In this document: piece after piece, positions 11,336-23,284 of the stretch
Position numbering within the stretch: the stretch's first letter is position 1
Layout: each line of letters opens with the position of its first letter
Assembly: GCA_000328365.1 (NCBI GenBank)
Contig: KB303236.1
Coordinates: 129,538-193,537 of the forward strand
Direction of reading: 5' to 3'
Source: Capitella teleta
Taxonomy: Eukaryota
Length of the DNA: 64,000 bases
Program-made: the position numbers and the translations under genes
The notes under the pieces: model-generated
Database searches by the model: none
The model's input: only the letters and a program-made list of their open reading frames with translations
Told to the model about the DNA's origin: nothing

Positions 11336-11782
11336 TGAGGCACATCAGACAGACATTCCAGAGGATGATGGACTCAATTCTGCGTGGTCTAGAATGAGTG
11401 TTTGATTACTTGGGGGACATTCTCCTTGCCTCAAGAAACACACAACAGCACCTTGAAGATGTACAAGTATCAATTAACATGGTTGTAATGGCCAACCATG
11501 TGTTAAATTAGATCATCTGTCATACACATCTGCTCTTCTCGAATAATTCAAATTAAATCAAATCAAAGCTATAACAGCATTTTGTGATCGCTACCACAGC
11601 ATATATATAGCCGTCTGTAATACCTCTAATTTCATTCAACTGTCTCCTCTAATATTGTAAGTCATCTATTGTATTTACTTCATTACCTCATCTGATTCTT
11701 TGTTCACAGTGTGAACCGTTATTAATCATTCTCATCGTTGCATCGTGGCAATTAAACGAGTTCACAACAGAGGCTGGACTTT

Positions 11783-12650
11783 GTGTTCCATCGTCATTCC
11801 GGCCATATTCGGCAACTCGACGTAAGATGCCGAAACAGTTCACAAATTGGGTTCGCATCGATGCATGATGGACGGAGACGAGGCAGGAGGGAGCGGCCCT
11901 TTGAAGGACGATCTAGCAACTCAAGATATCCAACGACACCGACAACCGCGACATCGCTCAACGGTGAGCAGAGCAAGCTTTGGTCCCTGCTCTGCCAAAG
12001 GAAGTCTGTGATCAGCAGATATATGAACAAAGCAAGAAGGTTGATTGCAGGCAGCGCAATTCACCACCAGGAGGACGAATTACGTCACGTGTTCACTGCA
12101 GCAAACAAAGCCTTCTCGGAGGTAGAGTCAATCTTTGATGAACTAAATTGAGAGCTTGTTTGAGGAATTATTAATCACTAAATACGATCGGTGGTATTTT
12201 GAGCTTGAAGAAGAACTTATTGTATTCACATCTAGCATAGATGATTTGCTGAAAGAAAGTGTGAATCAGAACGTAATGCTTGAAGCTGGAGCCTCACCTG
12301 TGCTGGGTGCTGCTTTTGAACAACCCGACACACGGTTGAGCTTGGAGGCTAAGCCGTTTGCACCAAGTGCAAGTTCATCTCATTCCCATACTTCTGCATT
12401 ATCGCCTCCTGAGTCAAGTCATGTTGAGCACCAGTCACCTTTGCCTGACGTGGGTGCAGCGGTTTGTCCTATGCCCATCCTGCAGAGCGAGGGTCATGCG
12501 TTGCAGCAAGCAATCTCTGCATTGCATCTTTCAAATGCTGTTGTGGACAAATTCTATGGGGACCCAATAAAATACACGGGTTTCATTGCCGGGTTTAAAT
12601 CTCTTATCTTCCCTCATGTCTATTTTGATTCCGATCGCTTGTATCAATGA
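11783..12650 (+). pseudogene. retroelement gag-like ORF pair (DUF1759-type N-terminal gag motif) inside the foldback element
   Basis: ORFs 11783..12151 and 12156..12650 are adjacent. The motif LSNAVVDKFYGDPIKYTGFIAGFKSLI resembles the conserved N-terminal gag block of BEL/Pao-type elements. No pol follows. Confidence 0.3.
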
Positions 12651-13297
12651 TATCACCTGCTAGAAGATGAGCCTAAGGAGATGTTGAGCGGTGCTCTCTA
12701 TATATGAACCCAGAAGGTTATAATGAGAGTGGGGGCGACGGTGCCATGCATGCAGTGCTGCCAGTACAAGTGTCATTCAACAGACGAAGCGTCCGGTGCT
12801 ACGCCTTTTACGACAACGGAAGAGCTTTGATCATGTTATTTTGCCAGATGATCGGGCCTAATCTCAATTGCAGATGGACATTACCTCGTACCACTACACG
12901 AGTTTAACTGCTCTGCATGCTAAAGAAGCGTATATTTCAACAATAATCAATAAAAATAATGCAAAATTATGAAATTTGAGAATAACTTAATACATGAAAA
13001 TTGCATCATTACATCTTGATTCCTTTTGATGCACTATTGAAGAACAGAAATCACGTTATTAAGTAATAATCCAACAGAAACATTAGCACCCTCAAAGTTT
13101 TGACTCGTGTATAATCATAACGCACTCCAATGACCATGACAACCTGTAACGGCTCAAGACACGTGGTCACTGAGTGCATGCATCTTGAGGCAGCTCATAT
13201 GTATGCATACATTTCAATTCAATTATTACGAATTTAATTAAATTCTATGTATTACAAGTGTTACAGGGTGAAGTGAAACAGATATAAGTAAAATTTG

Positions 13298-13685
13298 GTT
13301 GAAGGTCTTCTCATTTCTCACTATAACATTCATAACGTATGATGGAAAAAGATTTACAGATCCGCGTTTCCATGCCATAGAGTTTGACCTAGATGTTTTG
13401 TAACGAAGTATTTCTGTAATCGAAAATTGATCAATTTATGGCATAATATGATGTATTTCCGACTTTTATGGTTGAGATATATGTCTTTCTGGAGAATAAA
13501 AGCTTCGCTTCGAATCGCTACAGCTCAAAATAGTAGTGGGCGATAACATAAAAATGGCATTTCGCTATTTGGGCGATAATAGGGGGGCATTACGCTATTT
13601 GGGCGATAAAAAAGGGCCATTTCGCTTGCTTACGCCTGAATAAGGCATTACGTGATTTCGACGGACCCTCCGTCATCCCTACTGT
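13298..13685. repeat. right terminal inverted arm of the foldback element
   Basis: Reverse complement of 10333-10708. Confidence 0.75.
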
Positions 13686-14547
13686 AGGACAGGTGCCGTA
13701 TTACTACATCTCCTATTATCGCTCACGCCATGTGGAAAAACAGCCTCACCTTGCCGAATGGCTATGGCATCAAAGTGTTTCTTCTCAGTTAGATTGTCGT
13801 TGAATGGTGCAGTAACTTCCATGGCACTAAAACAATTAGTGTACAGCAAGAAAAGTTTTCAAACAAGTTTTGTATCAACTCATCAACGAGATTCGCAAAT
13901 TCGGCTAAAACCCCAGAGAACACTAATGAACCGGGGTGCTGACAATGAGCGGTAAACATCTAGAGTGGTTTACTCATAGACCTATTACTTCCCAGCAAAC
14001 ATTTGAATGGTGGCCCGAAGCTGGCCAATTTCGGACGCTAAGAGCGGCACGAAAGAGGACAAAAGTAAGGCCAACGTTACTACCTTGCACTGCGGCCGTG
14101 CAGCAGTCCCGATGCCGAAAACATGGTGGCGTCGACACTGTCCTGCAGAAGCTTAAGTGATTATATAATCGTTATCTGCTCTGATCAAACACTGCGGTCG
14201 ACGGGCTGCAGGACGTCCTCCTTCCAAAAGGCAGTTTACCGGCGTTCATTTTCAAGCAGATTAAAAACATAATCTGGTTAACTCCCATTCATGTTGTTAC
14301 GTAATGGGTCACGATCGTAATGTTTACATTTCAGCTCATCAATCTCGACCAGCCTTGTTTACTCAAGTTAAAGGCGTTGTAACTTTAAACTAGCACTACT
14401 ACCTATATATAGCTTTCTCGTGGGGATGAGAGAAATCCAACACATAAAGCAAAATTCATATATATACAAATGATTTTATTAATAAAAATGACAAGTGAGA
14501 AGAAAATTTAAAAATTGCTGAGGTCATCCTCTGCGACGTGCACAGCC

Positions 14548-14660
14548 TCAGCGGCCAGCCTTTTTGACGTGGTCGGTCGCTGCCTCCCTCCTGGACGGTC
14601 CGTGGCGCCTCTCAACCATGCCTTCGTGGCTTTCTAGACATCCACTTGAGTTGTTGTAAA
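14548..14660 (-). other. possible terminal exon or ORF fragment ending in a stop (unknown product)
   Basis: Minus-strand acceptor-like tttcag|AGTGTCTCC, then peptide ECLPFHFLYNNSSGCLESHEGMVERRHGPSRREAATDHVKKAGR*. AATAAA on the minus strand ~80 nt downstream (plus-strand tttatt ~14474). No homology recognised. Confidence 0.15.
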
Positions 14661-17399
14661 GGAAGTGGAACGGGAGACACTCTGAAAATAAATTAACAGA
14701 TGAACAACATTGGCATCGAAATGCAAAAAAAAAAAAATAAATAAAAAATACAGTCGGAGTTTTGGTGGATTGTAACTTCAAGTCGGAGATGAGGAGAGAA
14801 CAATAAACTCGTCAATGAACATTCAAATCCTAACGGTCAAACTGACCAAGGAAGCCATCCGTCCAGTGAACCACGTGAACAGTGTCATTGTTGACTAATT
14901 CGTAAGCAAAATTCAAAACTCTTACCGAGTACTACAACTAGTGTCTTGAATAATGCTTAATTAGAGCAGAACTTTACATAATTATCCCCAAATGCACTTG
15001 ATAATTATGCTAAGGATAACTTACCATTATAAACAAAGAGATGTGTCGTTGAACGATCGCGAAAAAGATTGTGAAATATCCATGTTCTCTGAGAAGGCTG
15101 ACGACAAACTGGGCTGATAAGCAAGGAGAAATTAAATGTGCCGCGTTAAATCACACCAAAGTAGATCCGCACGCCGCAGAATAAAGTAAAGTAGTTCAGG
15201 GCGTGACACTTGCTTTCTTTGTGAAATAAGCGTTTGGATCTATGCATGCTCTGATGAAGTGGCTGAACCATATTATTAGTTCCCTCAATAATTACGAAAA
15301 TGCTAGCATATTATCATTATATCTGTTATCCGTAAATTTTACACCTCAGGATTTTGGTGTGTATTCATGAGCTGCACAAAATATAACTTTCGCGCGTTAA
15401 ATTCCTCATGTCATGCGTGGCATGCTAACTTGTGGAGCAAACGCGAGTTGTTATTTAACTTTGGCGTTAACGCGCTCGCTTGCATATACGTTTTGAAATG
15501 TTGAACATTGTACTATGATTGGGACAAACTGAGTGAATGAGCAGTTTCAGTAAATGCAATTGATTATAATGACGATTGATCAGGCCATTTCGTATCATTT
15601 TTTTCCATTATTTTGCAGAGTACTGATGTTAAGCTGACTGGTCTGTAATTTCTGGCCATTCTCATATCTCCCTTTTTGTCATCGCATTGGCTAAGGCGGG
15701 TGTGGTGGCCAATCCAAAGTGGAAAGTCTACTCAATTCGGCTTTTTGGTAGGATTATGTGGATAATAATAATTAAGCTTGATCATTTTATCTAATACAGA
15801 TGGATCTCACGCCATATATGAAGAGGCAGACCATGTGGCAGATGAGTATGCTCCATGAGTATGCTCCACTGTGATGTACCAAATCAGCGCTGAGAGCTGA
15901 CTGAAAAAGTGCCGGTGAAGAATCCTACTGCTGAGAAGGCCTGCCACCAAGAGAGTGGCGTGTTTTTCTACAAGTGGCATGGGAGAAGGGAAGAATAAAT
16001 CAGAACCACCAGGGTGAGAGAAGCTAACTTTAAGCCTTAACATCTTAAATTGTAAAAAATATATCCTCAAGTATAGGTTTATTTATCAACATCGGAAATA
16101 AATTGTTATACCGCTACATTCTACGCATAGAAGTGATTATTTCCCAATGTATAGAGAATACAGATTAAAACAATAATTATAATGATTAGGAATGTGTCCT
16201 ATTATGCACAGAATCAACTTGTATGCATTTCATCGAAAATTATAATCCTGCTTAAGCTCCTATTGTATACGTGGCCATGTATAAATGATAAAACAATGCA
16301 TAGTGCAATAACACAGGAGAAGAGCATGTGAGGAGGCGCTCCCTGGGGGGCAATACCGTTTTACTGGCGGCAGGGAAGAGATGATGGGAAGAACGTGTGA
16401 GGAGGCACATCATAAGCAACCAGGTCAGTGCAGGACAACTCCCATTACACTAATTTATTTGTATACATATCTAATATTGTTTATTATTGGCTCATGTGAA
16501 TATGTTCTTTTAAATTGTTGCACTATTTTGGTATTTAAAGTCATATTTTTTATCACTAACCTATTTAATAAAAAGAGGTTTGCCCAAAGTCTCATTGCCA
16601 TAACCCTAAATGAAGTCTTGAAGTGATTATTTTACAACATAGCGACAAAAATGTGGTCACGAGGAAGAACATGGAAGTTGAAGCCTTACCTGAATTTGGT
16701 GGACCACACAGGAAGATTAGGAATCTGCAGGATTCAGAAGGAAGAACAGGCAATGGCAAGAACTTTTGATTGTATATCAAGATAGCTGATATTCATGTCC
16801 AAATGAATTGACAATTAATTGTGTAATTCACCTAATGTTTTTTAGGTTTTTTTTTTTTTTAATGTTTAATTACCTAAAGGAGCATAAATTTAGGCTAGTA
16901 CTAGTTCTCTCTTCTGGGCTTTATTTGACAATTTTCTAATAATTTCAGCAAAACATTGAATTTTGTATTGCTTTAATGCATCTATGAGGAAAATATTCGT
17001 CCATGATTAATACATGTAGTCAAAAATTAATTTTAATTAGCACATAAATCAGGAGTTTGTTGCATTTTTGATAAAATGTCAACTCCTGCTTCACTCAAAT
17101 TGACCCAAATTCACTGATTGCAATTTTTATCTTAATATAGCTAAAAGCTATATTCAGGCCACATTTCGACTTCCTGTGTTGATGCCGTCTATGTTAGGTC
17201 AAGAACTTTTCAAACAACCCTCGTAATATGATCCGAAATGCTCTAATATTATAAGACCATCGAGGATCAGCAAGGAAAACAACACACAGATTTTATCAGA
17301 TCGATTGTGAGGTGGAAACCTGTGCAGGTTGCAACATACTACCACTGTACAAGGCAACTTCTCTTTCAAAAAGCAAGAAGCTCTGTCTAAACTCACTAA

Positions 17400-17520
17400 G
17401 TGGTGACTATGGAGTGGAGGCCCCACCTACAAGTCTCTTGAGAGGCTCTTTAGCTGACTGGACAGCCTTGGTGGTGGACTCCCACTTCCACCTAGACATA
17501 CTAGGCAAACATTTGATGAT
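17400..17520 (+). other. candidate isolated exon with a TatD-nuclease-like N-terminal metal-binding motif (DxHxHLD)
   Basis: Peptide GVEAPPTSLLRGSLADWTALVVDSHFHLDILGKHL. TatD/TATDN2-3 proteins start with a V/I-D-S/T-H-C-H-L-D motif. No further exons could be linked. Confidence 0.2.
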
Positions 17521-18774
17521 GTGGTCGACAGAAAGTTGGTGCCTCTTGACGCTTATTTGTCTTAGTGGGTAGCCAACTACTGTTTTCCCAAGAACTGGGC
17601 TTGGACAATAGATGGTTTGTTAAATATTTGAGGACAATTATTGCCTATATGCAGATAATATATTTTTACTTATTAATAATTTTTTATTTCTTTTGAAGCG
17701 TAAAAAGTACATAAAATGTTTTGATGTGTTTAAAATGCATGTGTTAAAACAGGATCAGATGTGCGCTTTCTATAATTTTTGTCCAAAGTTATCCATGTTA
17801 AACGGCTCATGATTGCATCTGTCTATGTTGATCTGACAGGTCAAAGGTCATTTATTCTAGTGTTTGCTTGCTATATTGGCGAATTTCAATCGATTTTGCT
17901 GGAAATTGACATTGTTCTAGAAGGGAATACATCTTTTGTTACTATTCATTGATACTGGAGATCTAATAATCGTTTTATCGGGCTCTGAGAAGAATTTGTT
18001 GCAGGCATAAAAATAACTTTTCAAAATGGTGCACTCAAAGCTTCAAAGCCGAAGTGTCACTTGACTCAAAATGCTCCTGAATTGCTCGGTCATCTCTGAT
18101 ATTAGCGTAAAAATGATCCTCGTGAAATAAGCCATTTTGTTATTCTGAAATATAACAAAGTTGTTGTCACAATTACTTTCAGCACCAACTTCACTATGCG
18201 CCATCATAACTGAGTAGTTCGTATTTGGTCTGTCCCAACAGACGCAAAGCTGGATTTCGTGAACGCTGAAACTTTATACCGTTTTCATATTGATTTACTC
18301 GAATGAAGCAATACATGACATCTGTCAAATTTTGATAAATCGTTATACTCGGTAATAGTTGTTTTTCTGATCTCTGTTTATCCTTTAAAATCGAGAATTA
18401 TCACAACTACCTTTCCAGTATACAGTTCAGTGAGTTCATTCAGTGTTAGTGGGTTTTAACCAAGAACTGGCCGGTCGTGTGCTTATAATCCCCTAGCACA
18501 TTAGTATTGTTGACGTTGTCTGCTTCAGTCGATGATCTAACTATGCTTTCTCTTTTATTCCTTATCCGAACAAACTTTTGTTTGATTCAAACAAACAAAC
18601 ACTAAACGCACTTTGCCAGTTTACATTGCAAAGTATTGCACTGATTGCGACTGAACTAAAGTATGCTGAGTTTCATACATCATAATGATTATCATTATGA
18701 TAATATAATTATTATTAATTATTTAATACTCTTAATCATATCAGGTTTTACTGTTACTAACTTACTGTAGCCTT

Positions 18775-19275
18775 AGCACAGATAAAGCGAGCGAGGTCTG
18801 TGTACCCCTGGGTCTCGCTGTAGTATGTCAGCTATTGTAGCCTGCAGGCTAGTTGAGGAGCACTGAATAGCTCAGTCGGTTTGACCGGCTGACTGCAATC
18901 CTATGTCAACCGTGGGGGGTCGAGGTCCCGGGTTCAAGACCCGATCAGGCCACGGGCTTTATGATTGTGAATTGTAATTTTAATTTGTTATAATTGTAAT
19001 TCTTCAGTGACTCTGCAGTACTGCGTAACAAGGCCGGGCACTGTGTACTTCTGTCTATGGTGGTATGCAGGATAAAGAACCCCTTGGGATTTATCGATAA
19101 GAGTAGGGGGAAACCCCGGTCCCGGGCCTTCTGTTCTGGCGCCTGTATCATCCGAATGGTTAGGGTGGAGCCGTAAAACCCCATCATGTCATGCCTGTAG
19201 GCTAGCTGACATACTACTGCAAGACCAAGGTACGCAGACCTCGCCCGATTTATCTGTGCTACCTGTAGGCCTAAC
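18775..19275. mobile_element. palindromic MITE-like unit whose two arms flank a SINE copy
   Basis: gcacagataaagcgagcgaggtctgtgtacccctgggtctcgctgtagtatgtcagctattgtagcctgcaggctag (18775-18855) is an imperfect reverse complement of cctgtaggctagctgacatactactgcaagaccaaggtacgcagacctcgcccgatttatctgtgct (19195-19262). Confidence 0.4.
18858..19190 (+). mobile_element. tRNA-derived SINE, full-length copy
   Basis: Head gcactgaatagctcagtcggtttgaccggctgactgcaatcctatgtcaaccgtggggggtcgaggtcccgggttcaagacccgatcaggc. Conserved body ..gtaattcttcagtgactctgcagtactgcgtaacaaggccgggc..ggataaagaacccc..ggtagggtggagccgtaaaaccc. Tail catcatgtcatgcc. Confidence 0.8.
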
Positions 19276-20232
19276 TACCATAAGTTATTCAGTGTAGGTT
19301 GGTAACCCACTGACTCAGTGACTGAGAAAATAATTATTCATGTATATATGATGTTATTACTTATTAACAATCAGGTTAAAATGTGTCTCGATATAGAATA
19401 CTGCTATGGTTGACCTGTCGACCTGTTGACTCTTGTGTCTTTTGCTTGTGCTTGCTTAGTGAGTCATGATTATTCAATAGCTAATTAAGCCAATTAACTA
19501 ATTAACTGGGGTTAATCATCAATTAGAGATTTCTTTACAAAAGGTATTTAAACTGCTGAAATACTTAATTGTGGTTCTCTTAGTGAACAATAAGAGAATT
19601 GCTTCGATGACTTCACAACTGCATGAATTGATACACGAAATGAAAGCGCAGCTTAAACATCTCAAATTCAATATGTATCTATGAATGAGCCCTCAACAGG
19701 TGAAAGGTCATGAAATTTCTCAATCAAAAAGCGTTTTTGTGTTAAGGGAATTCATCTCCTATCATTTGCTTCTTTCTCAAAACAATCAGAGGTCCTTTTC
19801 AATATGGTTGCCTACATCAAATATTCCTTGAATTAAAATCCACACTTTGCTTATACCATAATGTCCTTATACCCATAATGTGCTTATACCTATATGTCCT
19901 TATGGATTATTGGATGAAATTAAGAGAGATCATTTGAACTCCATTAGTGACCTGTTATATATATGAATTGGTTTTGATCAATTTGGAGCAATCAATATTT
20001 GGGGTTTTTTATAGAAAACTTAATTAAATCAATACCAACTGAAAACTAGAATTTAGCTGTTTGAATATATAACTCAATATTTATAATTAATCTTATTCCT
20101 GAAATGATCATATGAATCGATGCTATTGAAACAGATATTTTCAAATCCTCCGCATGCAAATGAACAGATGTTACAGATTTTATTGATTTCGTTCTGATCA
20201 ATTTTTCCAATCAGAACACACATCAGTGACCG

Positions 20233-20496
20233 ATGCAGGTGTCGAATCGGTGGGAGGGGCTAGATCCTAAACTCGTTAATAACCGACACGATATGCTCGC
20301 CAAAACCACAACAGCTGAAGGCAAACCGCCGCAGGCTTCAGTCGTCGTCATGGGGGCCGAAGAAGAGAAACGCGATGAGGCAAAGTTGGAGCTACGAATC
20401 TTGTGTTTTGACCTCAGTGCACTTCCTGCTTGGGGTCAATTCCTCGTGTGCTGTTTCGGAGTCTTCTTCTTTTACCTGATTTACGGATACTTCCAG
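20233..20496 (+). CDS. SLC35B3: SLC35B3 exon 1 (coding part)
   Basis: ORF 20233..; donor CAG|gtgaga at 20497. Ends ..LSALPAWGQFLVCCFGVFFFYLIYGYFQ. Confidence 0.75.
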
Positions 20497-21943
20497 GTGA
20501 GAATCAGACACATGTGTTTCCCCTGTTCATCTGTTTATGTGCGCAGGAGTTGATATTCCATTTGGAGGGTTTCAAGCCGTTCGGCTGGTACTTGACTCTC
20601 CTGCAGTTCGCTTTGTACACTTGCTTCAGTTTTGCTGAGAATCAAGTTTGCAAAGGAGACAGAACCCGCAAGTCTGTTAACGCAACCGTTATCACTCAAC
20701 CTAATTGACTTTGTGCTTTTAACTTTTTAAGAATTCCGTTGAAGATGTACATGTTGATTGCATTCCTCACAGTCGCCACGATGGGCCTCTCGAATTCATC
20801 GCTCGGATATCTCAATTACCCCACGCAGGTCATTTTCAAATCCTGCAAACTGATTCCCGTTCTAATAGGAGGCATCATCATTCAAGGTGAGCAGTCGTAC
20901 TTTATAAGTTTTCTTTAATCTTGTTTCATGGCAGCCAAGCGATATGGCTGCATTGATGTCACTGCCTGTCTCTGCATGAGCATTGGACTCATTTTCTTCA
21001 CCTTGGCTGACAGCAGCGTTTCTCCGACCTTCAGTCTTTACGGTACGCGTGAAATCCTGACGCCCCTGACATGAATTTTAACTCTGCCCCCTCCCCAGGC
21101 ATCCTGCTTATCTCGTTAGCGTTGTGCGCGGACGCTGTGATTGGCAATGTGCAGGAGAAGGTCATGAAGCAGTACTCGGCCTCCAACACTGAGATGGTCA
21201 GTGAAATTCTCTGCACAGGTCGTTTTAAGCAACATTTCCCCAGGTGTTGTATTCCTACGCCATCGGCACTGTGTACATATTCATCGGTCAGCTGCTCACT
21301 GGTCAACTGGTCGAAGCGTTCAATTTCTGCCTGGAGGTCAGTGAGATTAAATTTCAATCAGCTGAGATGAAAATCAATCTGTTGCCTGCTGATGAAGCCA
21401 TCTGCTATTTTCATTCAGCCGCTGTGTAATCGTAATAATCAATCGCTTAAATCATATTCCTCTGGCGTTATGATTGAACTTCCCTTTTTCTTTCAGTACC
21501 CCTTATACACATACGGAAATTCTTTCATCTTTGCTCTGAGCGGATATTTAGGAGTGAATATCGTCTTGAATCTCATCAAATCGTTCGGAGCGCTCGTCGC
21601 TGTCACAGGTCAGTGACCTTACTTGACCTATTGACCTCATTCTCTTATTTTGCAGTGACAACATGCCGTAAATCTCTCACCATTGTCTTCTCATTCATTT
21701 TCTTTGCAAAACCCTTCACATATCAGTGAGCATTTCTTCTGTCACGTAATATTTGATAATTATTTATGCGTGATCTTTCTTCAGATACGTGTGGTCCGGT
21801 TTGATCGTAGTTCTTGGTGTTTATCTTAACATCTACAGCAAAAACCAAGCCGCTTGGAATGCCAAAGTCAAAGAAATTCTTTCCGGGAAAATATTTGAGA
21901 AAAAAGTTTCGCCAACTCTGCGTTCTTCTGACCATATCGTTTA
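20233..21943 (+). CDS. SLC35B3: SLC35B3-like transporter (adenosine 3'-phospho 5'-phosphosulfate transporter 2 / nucleotide-sugar transporter family), 9 coding exons, ~395 aa
   Basis: The spliced peptide is near-collinear with my recall of the human SLC35B3 sequence. Examples: FLVCCFGVFFFYLIYGYFQELIFHLEGFKPFGWYLTLLQFALY; MLIAFLTVATMGLSNSSLGYLNYPTQVIFKSCKLIPVLIGGIIIQ.KRY; ILLISLALCADAVIGNVQEKVMKQYSASNTEMVLYSYAIG; VTTCRKSLTIVFSFIFFAKPFTYQYVWSGLIVVLGVYLNIYSKN. All intron phases consistent. The first ATG at 20233 may not be the true start. Confidence 0.85.
20547..20671 (+). CDS. SLC35B3: SLC35B3 exon 2
   Basis: Acceptor tgtgcgcag|GAG anchored to ORF 20430. Donor AA|gtctgt. Peptide ELIFHLEGFKPFGWYLTLLQFALYTCFSFAENQVCKGDRTR(K). 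Confidence 0.8.
20732..20886 (+). CDS. SLC35B3: SLC35B3 exon 3
   Basis: Acceptor ttttaag|AATTCC. Donor CAAG|gtgagc. Peptide (K)IPLKMYMLIAFLTVATMGLSNSSLGYLNYPTQVIFKSCKLIPVLIGGIIIQ. Confidence 0.8.
20935..21042 (+). CDS. SLC35B3: SLC35B3 exon 4
   Basis: Acceptor tttcatggcag|CCAAGC. Donor TACG|gtacgc. Peptide (A)KRYGCIDVTACLCMSIGLIFFTLADSSVSPTFSLY. Confidence 0.75.
21099..21196 (+). CDS. SLC35B3: SLC35B3 exon 5
   Basis: Acceptor ctccccag|GCATCC anchored to ORF 21071. Donor GAGATG|gtcagt. Peptide (G)ILLISLALCADAVIGNVQEKVMKQYSASNTEM. Confidence 0.8.
21244..21336 (+). CDS. SLC35B3: SLC35B3 exon 6
   Basis: Acceptor ttccccag|GTGTTG anchored to ORF 21244. Donor CTGGAG|gtcagt. Peptide VLYSYAIGTVYIFIGQLLTGQLVEAFNFCLE. 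Confidence 0.8.
21497..21608 (+). CDS. SLC35B3: SLC35B3 exon 7
   Basis: Acceptor ctttcag|TACCCC anchored to ORF 21392. Donor ACAG|gtcagt. Peptide YPLYTYGNSFIFALSGYLGVNIVLNLIKSFGALVAVT. Confidence 0.8.
21656..21725 (+). CDS. SLC35B3: SLC35B3 exon 8
   Basis: Acceptor ttattttgcag|TGACAAC. Donor TATCA|gtgagc. Peptide (V)TTCRKSLTIVFSFIFFAKPFTY. Confidence 0.75.
21784..21943 (+). CDS. SLC35B3: SLC35B3 exon 9 (terminal; stop near 21925-21943)
   Basis: Acceptor ctttcttcag|ATACGTG. Peptide (Q)YVWSGLIVVLGVYLNIYSKNQAAWNAKVKEILSGKIFEKK... The exact stop depends on the length of an A-run at ~21899-21905, which I could not verify. AATAAA at ~22329 is a candidate polyA signal. Confidence 0.65.
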
Positions 21944-23284
21944 ATGACAATGAGCGAATTATTTTTTTCTCTTTGAAGATTGAAAATATGTGATTTCTGT
22001 GATTATGTGATTATTAGAGGAATAAACTACTTTGTATTTTAGGAATTTTTCAAGAATTAATAATTTTCAAGGTCTACATTCCATTTCTTGTTGATCCTTT
22101 TTATTATCATATGAAATTTATTAATTACTAGTAACCAATTATCATATGTATACTGGTACATATATCAGCTAGGTTAATTTTTTTTTGTGTTTTGCACTGG
22201 GGAAATGAATCAGATCAAACATTATACTTTTATTTTCCTCTAATAATTTGTTACATTTTATTCTCTTTTTGTTTAAATAATAATGTAAAATGGGATTTTT
22301 CTTTTGTTATAACTGAAGTGGAGAATGGAATAAATAAATACTCCCCAAGCTAAAAGATTTATTGTTCCTACCTTAAAATTTTGTTATTTAATTAATTAAA
22401 ATGTGTTCAATACAATTTCCTTCCCAGCCACCAACTGTCTCAGCAGTTAAAATCACTAACATCATTCCTTGAGGGTGTTTAGGATACTAGGAAATCGAAT
22501 TATTCGATCCTGATCAATTTTAATTGCTCAGGACTTGTAACATGCTACCATCAGAGTGCAGGCAGTGTACATATAAGAGCACTCGTTGACCCCTACACTC
22601 CAAAAGGACCCAGTGTCTGCAGATGATGTGCGATGAATTCGTCCTTGACCGCACGCGTGCCTCATGCGTTGAATGAACTGAAGCGGCAAGTGGCATGATG
22701 CCCCTCTAGTGTTATAATTGTGACTGCGACTCGTATTAAGTGCACTCCTTCGTCATCAATCGGCTGTTTCCGTGAACTGACGAAGCACTTATTCTATGAA
22801 TATTTATATATCAATGATAATAATATTATATAATATGATATGGTATTATAAATATGTTGACTATAAGTACAAGTGATGTATAAGTACCAATTAATATTCA
22901 TAGAAGAAAAAAAGGAAAGCAGAAACAGGAAAGACAAACACGAAAATTCTTAGTTTGTAAATGAATTGTTACACCTCAATCGACGAGTTCAGGATAAATA
23001 ATGAGCTCATCGCTTGCACGCCTATTTTGTGACAATTCCTCTGTTATCTCACACGGATTAAATCCGTCGGTGAGATAGGGGATGGATTATGTAACGTCGG
23101 CCACCCGTGATGTCCGCTTGTGCGTGTGGCGCCATCAATAGGAAAGTTCGTGCACACACAAAAATAAATAAATATCTTGAAGGAGAAACCGCCAGTTTTC
23201 CTCACAATTATAACAATTATTCGGCAAAATAATTATAATCTCATATCATGTACATTAGATCGCATCGCATTCATTATGATCTCA

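Larger units (their letters stand above)
10333..13685. mobile_element. large foldback/long-TIR element (~3.35 kb) with ~380-bp terminal inverted arms; interior carries a SINE copy and a gag-like ORF
   Basis: Left arm 10333-10708 (catccgtcatccggtccgtcgaaatcacgtaatgcc...acgttatgaatgttatagtg) is the reverse complement of right arm 13298-13685 (cactataacattcataacgt...ggcattacgtgatttcgacggaccctccgtcatcc) at high identity with small indels. Confidence 0.6.

Noticed and set aside
14095-14225. Apparent inverted repeat around gtcgac...ctgcag motifs
   Set aside because: On inspection the matches are short (<12 bp) and are explained by restriction-site-like palindromes (GTCGAC, CTGCAG). This is not a convincing TIR.
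21031-21357. 108-aa ORF on the minus strand
   Set aside because: It lies antisense across SLC35B3 exons 4-6 and their introns.
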